This document shows positions 57,702 through 64,000 of a stretch of DNA of 64,000 nucleotides, piece by piece. Below the pieces are notes generated by a model. That model was not told where the DNA came from. It did no database searches and saw only the letters and a list, made by a program, of their open reading frames with translations. The position numbers and the translations under genes are program-made. Numbering within the stretch: position 1 is the first letter of the stretch; every line of letters begins with the position of its first letter. The DNA is from Chitinivibrionales bacterium (GTDB lineage Bacteria; Fibrobacterota; Chitinivibrionia; Chitinivibrionales; WJKA01), in NCBI GenBank assembly GCA_014728295.1, contig WJLW01000083.1, forward strand, positions 149,860 through 213,859, in the 5' to 3' direction.

Positions 57702-58526
57702 TTAATCCAACTTGAAGCTTTGGCCAAGATAGATTCGACGCGCTTCTGGATTTTCCGCCAGTTCCCGGGCGGTGCCGTCAATCAAGATTTTGCCTTGGTT
57801 CATGATATAGGCCCGGTCGGTAATACGCAGCGTTTCGCGCACATTGTGATCGGTGATCAGAACGCCATAGCCTTTATAGCGCAAATCATGAACGATACTC
57901 TGTATGTCTTCAACAGCAATTGGATCAACACCTGCAAACGGCTCGTCTAATAATATAAAATCCGGCCTTATCGCCAGCGTACGTGCAATCTCAACGCGAC
58001 GACGCTCTCCCCCGGAAAGCGTGAAGGCCATATTTTTTTCCAGATGGGCAACATTGAGTTCGTTGAGCAATTCTTTCATGCGTTTTTTGCGCTCCTTACC
58101 GTTCATGCGTTGGGTTTCCAGAATTGCCATGATATTATCACCGACGCTGAGCTTGCGAAATATCGATGCTTCCTGGGGAAGGTAACCGATTCCCATCCGG
58201 GCGCGCTTGTACATGGGCCGGGAAGAGATTTCTTTGCCGTCGATAAATATTTTGCCTTTATTGGCGCGAATCATGCCGACGATCATGTAGAAGGTGGTTG
58301 TTTTTCCGGCGCCATTGGGACCGAGCAGGCCGACAATTTCACCCTGCTTAACGGAAATGGAAACCTCGTCGACGACTTTGCGCTTGCTGTAAATTTTTAC
58401 CAGATTATCGGTGGCAATAAGCCGCCGCGGCTTGTCGCTCGGCTCAAGCGCCTCTTTGCGCACCTGCTCCTGGGTTTCTGGTACCGCTTGCATAGCATCT
58501 TGATTTGTTGACATGTATCTGCTCAT
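57702..58526 (-). CDS. lptB: LPS export ABC transporter ATP-binding protein LptB, with an N-terminal extension of about 40 aa
   Basis: Walker A is GPNGAGKTT. The signature is LSGGERRRVEIAR. Walker B is ILLDEPFAGVD. The H-loop is ITDHN. The TGATG junction with the upstream lptA-like gene suggests translational coupling. Confidence 0.9.
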   Translation of the reverse strand: MSRYMSTNQDAMQAVPETQEQVRKEALEPSDKPRRLIATDNLVKIYSKRKVVDEVSISVKQGEIVGLLGPNGAGKTTTFYMIVGMIRANKGKIFIDGKEISSRPMYKRARMGIGYLPQEASIFRKLSVGDNIMAILETQRMNGKERKKRMKELLNELNVAHLEKNMAFTLSGGERRRVEIARTLAIRPDFILLDEPFAGVDPIAVEDIQSIVHDLRYKGYGVLITDHNVRETLRITDRAYIMNQGKILIDGTARELAENPEARRIYLGQSFKLD

Positions 58527-59620
58527 CAGGGAAAATAGGCGCCGCGAACTCCGCCCAACAAACGCAAGCGAACGGCTTTTCCGTCTTCAAACCAGACTGA
58601 AAGCGTATCTCCCGACGCCTCATTTCGTCCGGAATTCTGTTCTTCGTCAAGGTAATATACACTTTCGGCATTTCCCCAGAGTCTGGCATTATCGATCCGG
58701 CTTTTTTCACCAAAATCCAGAATCATATGCTTGCCGGTCACGTTATTTGGCCTGGTGGAATCGGCAACCTGATAGTATTTGCTTTCAACACTGCCGATTA
58801 TCCAGACCGAATCCATATATCCTGAATCGCTCAGCGCCATATAAATGCTGTCGCCCCAGACGTGGGTAATCGTGGTATCAAGTTTTGCTTTATCAAAGTA
58901 AATCCCGTGCCCCTTACCCACTACCGACATGCCTTCAATCGTATCTCCCTTGAAGAAAATATCAACGGAATCTCCGTCCAGCACATGCTCTTCATAGATC
59001 ATTTCGGGATCAACCCGCATAAGTGCGAGGTCCTTCTCACTGAAATAAAAGGCCGTATCACATATCGAGCGCAGTGCGCCTTTGGTAACCACGACATCAT
59101 TGATTACCGTCGTTTTTTGCAACGAATCGTTGTAGAGCATTTTGCGGCCCACAATCGTCAGCGTCTCTGCGGCAGCGGTATCATATCTGAAAAAGTGCGG
59201 CTGCCCCTCCAACACGCAGAAGCGGCTTGCCAGATCATATGTACATCGGTTGCCGGTGATGCGTATGCCCTCGTCGTGATCGACGAAAACGACATCTCCT
59301 TCGGCAATGAGCACGTCTTGTTTTTGCTTGAAGTGCACCCTGTCGCAGGTGATGATTTGCTCATCCTGAGTAACTTCAACATTTTTGTGGAGAATTACCT
59401 CGCCGCGACCCTTCCACCACTTTGCCAGCTCGGATCGAATCACGGCCGAATCGTAATGAAAAATGACATTGTCCTTCAGCACGCATTCCAGTTCGTCCTC
59501 ATAGAATGAACACTCCTGGTAGTGGGCGCTTTTTAAAATCAAATCAGGGCCCTGATCGACTTCCCCGAACAGCATACTTATCAGCAGCAACGTGCATGCA
59601 CCTGTTTCGCGCACGGTCAT
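58526..59620 (-). CDS. lptA: LptA/OstA-family periplasmic protein, about twice the length of canonical LptA
   Basis: Its position between lptC-like and lptB is the main evidence. A signal peptide is present. The body consists of repeated beta-jellyroll-like strands. Its start overlaps the lptC-like stop by 4 nt. Confidence 0.55.
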   Translation of the reverse strand: MTVRETGACTLLLISMLFGEVDQGPDLILKSAHYQECSFYEDELECVLKDNVIFHYDSAVIRSELAKWWKGRGEVILHKNVEVTQDEQIITCDRVHFKQKQDVLIAEGDVVFVDHDEGIRITGNRCTYDLASRFCVLEGQPHFFRYDTAAAETLTIVGRKMLYNDSLQKTTVINDVVVTKGALRSICDTAFYFSEKDLALMRVDPEMIYEEHVLDGDSVDIFFKGDTIEGMSVVGKGHGIYFDKAKLDTTITHVWGDSIYMALSDSGYMDSVWIIGSVESKYYQVADSTRPNNVTGKHMILDFGEKSRIDNARLWGNAESVYYLDEEQNSGRNEASGDTLSVWFEDGKAVRLRLLGGVRGAYFP

Positions 59621-60210
59621 TGGAGAAATCCTTCCTCGCTTTCGGCACGCTGCTTGAAGTTGGGGAATTTGCCGCTGACATCACCGGTCAGCGAAAAACG
59701 TGAGAAGCTTTCGGTCGCGTCAAGTTTGCTGCCGCGCAGGATATCGCCTTTGGGCGTTTCAATCTGTACGTACTGGTTTGAGGTGATCTTGCGGGTCTTC
59801 TGTGACCAGGACAACCGTTGGGCCTTTACCTCCAGAGAGTCCTGATTTTTAACATAGACATTGCCCCACACTTCAAAGCGGTCACGGGCGTCGTTGGTAT
59901 GACCCGAATCGGCAAGGACGCGGGAGTTCGGACGTCCCAGCGAATCGTACAGCCAGAGCTTTACCGGATAGGCCAGCACAGTACCGGTATCCCCCATCGA
60001 CCTGCGCAAAACCTCCGATTTCAGCATCCACTTTTTATGGGCGCCGTCGTAGGAGTAAATCGTTGCATCATACATTTCGGAGTGGAGTGAGGCCGAATCG
60101 GCCGTTGTCATGGGGATACGATTTTCGGTCTGCGTGCAAGCAGCCTGCAGCAGAATCAGGCCGGCGACTACGAGGACGGGAAGTGGTAATGCATGCAATA
60201 ACGTTCTCAT
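59617..60210 (-). CDS. lptC: LptC-like membrane-anchored LPS export protein
   Basis: An ATG at 60208-60210 starts MRTLLHALPLPVLVVAGLILLQAAC, an anchor. The roughly 170-aa beta-rich body lies in the lptC position of the lptCAB cluster. The assignment rests on context and architecture only. Confidence 0.45.
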   Translation of the reverse strand: MRTLLHALPLPVLVVAGLILLQAACTQTENRIPMTTADSASLHSEMYDATIYSYDGAHKKWMLKSEVLRRSMGDTGTVLAYPVKLWLYDSLGRPNSRVLADSGHTNDARDRFEVWGNVYVKNQDSLEVKAQRLSWSQKTRKITSNQYVQIETPKGDILRGSKLDATESFSRFSLTGDVSGKFPNFKQRAESEEGFLQ

Positions 60211-60265
60211 GGTACTAGAGTATATAATATGGCAAGGAAAATGTTCGATCACCGGCGCGTTGGGC

Positions 60266-61219
60266 CTATTTCGATGCAAGGGTATCGATGTTAAGCGCAT
60301 CACGCCACCGGGTGTGCTCCGGCCTGCGTTTCCAGCGATTATGCATCCAGACCCACTGCTCGGGATGTTCTTGAATTTGAGCACTGATGCGTTTGTTGAC
60401 CATTTCAACATTGCGCACGAGGTCGTGCTCAAATTCACCACTGGTAGCGAATTGCAGCCGCGTGCCGATCCGAATCTCGTGCCGATCATCCGGTGTGCGA
60501 TGCGTGGTGACCACAAACGCGGGAACAGCGTATTTCATCGCTATTCTGATTGGCATATCGGGGGTCAACGCCAGTCTTCCCAGAAAATGCGCAAAAACAC
60601 CGCCGCTTTTCAGGTCCTGATCGACGAGAATACCCATCGCCCGGCCCTCTTTGAGCTTGCGCACGATTGACAGCATATTCTGCGTACGGTTGTGAAGATA
60701 CTCAAAATTATCACCGGTTCGATTTTGCAGAATCAACTGATCGATGCGCCTGTCATACGACCGGCGCCCGATAGCGAATGAACGGAAGCCTTTGCGCGCA
60801 AAAAACGGCAAGAGCATCTCAAAACAACCCAGATGGGCGGTGATCACCAGCACGCCCCTGCCGAGATTGTAGGCCTGCTCAAAGTCATCCAGCGAATCGT
60901 ACGACACGATTGCATCAAACGTTGCGTCATCGGCATTGCGCAGACAAAGCGCGTCAAACGCGTTTTTGCCGAGCATCTGATACACCTTCCGTGCAAGCGC
61001 CAGCCGCTCGCTTCCGCTCAACGTATCACCCAGGATGAGCCTGATATTATGGTGCATGCGTCGCTTTTGGCGATCGGGAAACAGATACACACCGCTTCCA
61101 ATACCACCGAACAGGCTCAGGCCTGCCTTGCGGGGAATCATGCGGGCAATCCGCAGACACAACAGGATGAGCACGTAAATGATGTCGTTTTTCAGTTTGC
61201 CGGATCCGTCGCGAGACAT
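60266..61219 (-). CDS. lpxL: Kdo2-lipid IVA late acyltransferase (LpxL/LpxM, HtrB/MsbB family)
   Basis: The N-terminal TM helix is followed by GRGVLVITAHLGCFE, the HX4D-type acyltransferase motif region of the HtrB family. The family C-terminal pattern EQWVWMHNRWK is present. Confidence 0.75.
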   Translation of the reverse strand: MSRDGSGKLKNDIIYVLILLCLRIARMIPRKAGLSLFGGIGSGVYLFPDRQKRRMHHNIRLILGDTLSGSERLALARKVYQMLGKNAFDALCLRNADDATFDAIVSYDSLDDFEQAYNLGRGVLVITAHLGCFEMLLPFFARKGFRSFAIGRRSYDRRIDQLILQNRTGDNFEYLHNRTQNMLSIVRKLKEGRAMGILVDQDLKSGGVFAHFLGRLALTPDMPIRIAMKYAVPAFVVTTHRTPDDRHEIRIGTRLQFATSGEFEHDLVRNVEMVNKRISAQIQEHPEQWVWMHNRWKRRPEHTRWRDALNIDTLASK

Positions 61220-61286
61220 ACGCTCCCATTCAAAAATGCGCAGAATTTCCGCGCCCCTGGTTTACCTGCAAGTGATGTGCCGGTTA

Positions 61287-64000
61287 TTATTCAACCGGCG
61301 CAATACTCAGTTGCGCTTTCATCGAATCAATCTCGATTGCTATCTTTTCGCCGCAAAGCTCAGACGTATCCCACGTCAAAACAGTTGCCAATGTCTCGTT
61401 GCGCACATACTCTTCGAATGCACCTACTGCCTGGCGCAGCTCGGCCGGTGCGTTGCAGGCAACGGCAATGCGATCGGTTACGTTGAGCTCTAACGTTTTG
61501 CGCGCGTTCTGGATGCGGTTGACAAACTCCCGGGCAACGCTCTCGGCGGCGAGTTCGGGGGTGATCTCGGTATCAAGCGCCACGGTCAGCTCGCCCTGCG
61601 TTTCAACCTCAATGCCTTCGCGCTGATTGCGCTGTAGGATAATATGCTCGAAGCCGAGATTTTTGCCCAGGACCTCACGCGTGCCCCCCTCTTCGAGCTC
61701 ATGAATATCCTGCGCGGTAAATGCGCCGATGATCTCGGAGGCCTGGCGCATCAACTTGCCGTATTCCTTACCGAGCTTTTTGAAATTGGGTTTAGCGCTC
61801 AGTGTGACGACGCCGTTTTCGTCATGATCGAAAGTAACCCGCTTGACATTGAGCTCATCCTGAATCAACTCCCGCATCATGTCGAGCAAGGCGCGTTTGT
61901 GGTCGTCTTTGACAATAACGGTCATTTCCTGAAGCGGCTGGCGGATTTTGATATTAAAGCGGCTGCGCAGGGTGCGGGCCATGGCAACGGCCTGCCGTAC
62001 CAGTGCCATCCGCACTTCCAAATCCTCATCCGTCAAGCCGGCGACTGCTTGGGGATACTCGTTGAGATGCACGCTTTCGGCCGCATCTTGGCGACATGCG
62101 GTAAGATTGCGATAGACAGCATCGGTCAAAAACGGCAGAAACGGGGCCATCACTTTGGAAAAGGTAACGAGCACGTGGTACAAGGTGGCATAAGCCATGC
62201 CTTTGTCGTCATCATTTTCGCTCTTCCAGAAACGGCGGCGGCTGCGCCGGATGTACCAGTTGGTCAGGTTGTCGATAAAGTCAACCAGATGAGGCACGAC
62301 CCGGTAGAGATTGTACGCCTCCATCTCGGTGTTGACGGATGATATTACGTGGTTGAGCAGCGAAATGATCCAGCGATCGAGTTCGTTGTCGCTTTTCGGA
62401 GCCCGATCACTTTGCGGGGTCCAGCCGTCTACATTGGCGTAGGTAACAAAAAACGAATATGCATTCCAGTATGGTAGCAGCACCGACCGGGCCATCTCGG
62501 CCACGCCTTTGTCACTGAAACGCAGGTCGTCGGCTTTGACCGCGGCCGAATTGATCAGAAACAGACGGATTGCATCGGCGCCCATTTCTTCCATCGCGGT
62601 GTTGGGGGGCGTATAATTCTGCAGGCGCTTGGACATTTTCTGTCCGTCTTCGGCCAGGATGATACCGTTGACGACTACGTTGTTGAACGCCGGCTTTTGA
62701 AAGAGGGCTGAGCCCAGCACCGTCAGGGTGTAAAACCACCCGCGTGTCTGGTCGATTCCCTCGGCAATGAAATCTGCCGGAAACCGTTGCTCGAAGCCGT
62801 CGCTATGCTCGAACGGATAGTGCGTTTGCGCATAGGGCATGGAGCCGGATTCAAACCAGCAGTCCAGCACCTCCTGCGTGCGCGTGTAAAGCTTACCCTG
62901 CGAATCGAAATGCTTCCCGTCACTGGTGCGCACCTCGAGCGCGTCAACTGAGTGCAGGTGGAGGTCTTCCACCTTTTTTGCGGTCAGCGCTTCCAATTCT
63001 GCGACGCTGCCGACACAGATCATATCGCCGTCCTCGGCGATCCATACCGGGATGGGAGTGCCCCAGAAACGATTGCGGCTGAGATTCCAGTCACGCGCGC
63101 CCTCCAACCATTTGCCGAAGCGCCCCAGCTTGAGGTGATCGGGTACCCAGCGGATTTGCCGGTTGGATTCCAGCATCCATTGCTTGAGCGGTTTGGCGAC
63201 GCCTTCTACATCAGCCACTTCTTTTTCGACACTGAGAAACCAGGTTTTGAGCGCACGATAGAGCAAGGGCACATCCGTCCGCCAGCAATGCGGATAGCTG
63301 TGTACCATGGTTTCGTGACGGAAGACACGTTGCTTTTCCTTGAGCAGCCTGATGATATCCTTGTCGGCTTCTTTTGCATCGCGTCCCACAAAATGCGGCG
63401 CCTGGTCGGTGAAACGCCCGTCAGCATCGAGCGGATCAAACAGGCCGAGCTCATAGCGGCGACCGACGATGAAGTCTTCCTCGCCAAACGAAGGCGCAAT
63501 GTGTACCGCACCGGTTCCATCTTCGGCGGTAACAAAATCGGCCGGCAAAATCGTGTACTGCCTCGCCGACATTTTTGGTGCATAGGTCAAGAGGGGTTCG
63601 TATTTTTTTCCCTCGAATGCTTTTCCTGAACGAGTAGCAACGATCTCGGTGTTTTCGTCAAAATAGGCCTGCAGGCGCGGTTTGGCGATCCAGTATTGTG
63701 AACCCTCATGCCTGACTTTGACGTATTCCATTTCGGGATGCATGGCAATAGCCAGATTGCTGGGCAAGGTCCAGGGTGTGGTCGTCCACACCAGCAAAGC
63801 GGCATCCTCACCTTCGATCGGAAAGCTCAACGTGATCGAAGGATCCTGGCGATCGTGGTATCCCTGGTTGACTTCGAAGTTGGAAAGTGGCGTTGCCAGG
63901 GCCGGACTGTACGGCTGCACGCGATAGTCCTGATAGATCAAGCCTTTTTCAAAACATTGCTTGAACACCCACCATACCGATTCCATGAAGCTGGAATCCA
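61287..64000 (-). CDS. ileS: Isoleucyl-tRNA synthetase; the N-terminus lies beyond the window end
   Basis: The KMSKS loop appears as KMSKRLQNY. Further matches are WTTTPWTLPSNLAIAM and the CP1 editing region. The frame stays open to the window edge with no HIGH motif seen, so the 5' end is outside the window. Confidence 0.9.
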   Translation of the reverse strand, partial: DSSFMESVWWVFKQCFEKGLIYQDYRVQPYSPALATPLSNFEVNQGYHDRQDPSITLSFPIEGEDAALLVWTTTPWTLPSNLAIAMHPEMEYVKVRHEGSQYWIAKPRLQAYFDENTEIVATRSGKAFEGKKYEPLLTYAPKMSARQYTILPADFVTAEDGTGAVHIAPSFGEEDFIVGRRYELGLFDPLDADGRFTDQAPHFVGRDAKEADKDIIRLLKEKQRVFRHETMVHSYPHCWRTDVPLLYRALKTWFLSVEKEVADVEGVAKPLKQWMLESNRQIRWVPDHLKLGRFGKWLEGARDWNLSRNRFWGTPIPVWIAEDGDMICVGSVAELEALTAKKVEDLHLHSVDALEVRTSDGKHFDSQGKLYTRTQEVLDCWFESGSMPYAQTHYPFEHSDGFEQRFPADFIAEGIDQTRGWFYTLTVLGSALFQKPAFNNVVVNGIILAEDGQKMSKRLQNYTPPNTAMEEMGADAIRLFLINSAAVKADDLRFSDKGVAEMARSVLLPYWNAYSFFVTYANVDGWTPQSDRAPKSDNELDRWIISLLNHVISSVNTEMEAYNLYRVVPHLVDFIDNLTNWYIRRSRRRFWKSENDDDKGMAYATLYHVLVTFSKVMAPFLPFLTDAVYRNLTACRQDAAESVHLNEYPQAVAGLTDEDLEVRMALVRQAVAMARTLRSRFNIKIRQPLQEMTVIVKDDHKRALLDMMRELIQDELNVKRVTFDHDENGVVTLSAKPNFKKLGKEYGKLMRQASEIIGAFTAQDIHELEEGGTREVLGKNLGFEHIILQRNQREGIEVETQGELTVALDTEITPELAAESVAREFVNRIQNARKTLELNVTDRIAVACNAPAELRQAVGAFEEYVRNETLATVLTWDTSELCGEKIAIEIDSMKAQLSIAPVE

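Noticed and set aside
1-64000. CRISPR arrays, rRNA and tRNA genes
   Set aside because: No regularly spaced direct-repeat arrays, rRNA-like conserved blocks or cloverleaf-forming intergenic sequences were seen. Intergenic regions are short and mostly promoter-like.

Overview
This 64 kb window is a chromosomal segment from a high-GC (roughly 57%) Gram-negative bacterium, with about 50 protein-coding genes and little intergenic space. Outer-membrane biogenesis genes (lptC, lptA-like, lptB, lpxL, mlaD, ydbH-ynbE-ydbL) and a cargo protein carrying a type IX secretion (T9SS)-like C-terminal domain suggest an organism from the Bacteroidota/Fibrobacterota-like (FCB) group.

Housekeeping blocks include argG-argD, hom-thrC-apgM, ispD-tag, ileS, the Lhr helicase, and an rpoN neighbourhood (lptC-lptA-lptB-rpoN-hpf-mlaD-HPr).

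Accessory islands include:
- a Tat-signal DUF362 protein paired with a NapH-like polyferredoxin;
- a transmembrane Ser/Thr kinase translationally coupled to a beta-helix membrane protein and a roughly 1070 aa Ig/LamG surface protein;
- a secreted metallophosphoesterase overlapping an ExeM/NucH nuclease;
- a T9SS cargo protein followed by a type-I membrane protein and a HEAT-repeat protein;
- an SPFH/band-7 protein with three zinc ribbons paired with an internally duplicated zinc-ribbon protein;
- a DUF4139 protein;
- a REP-associated tyrosine transposase (RAYT)-type Y1 transposase flanked by inverted repeats, with a decayed ghost copy of its 5' end;
- a sigma-54-dependent two-component operon with an outer-membrane protein.

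No rRNA genes or CRISPR arrays were seen, and no tRNA-like cloverleaf was noticed by eye. Many long antisense ORFs in the six-frame track are high-GC artefacts and were rejected. All functional calls rest on motifs recognised by eye in the translations, since no database search could be run.
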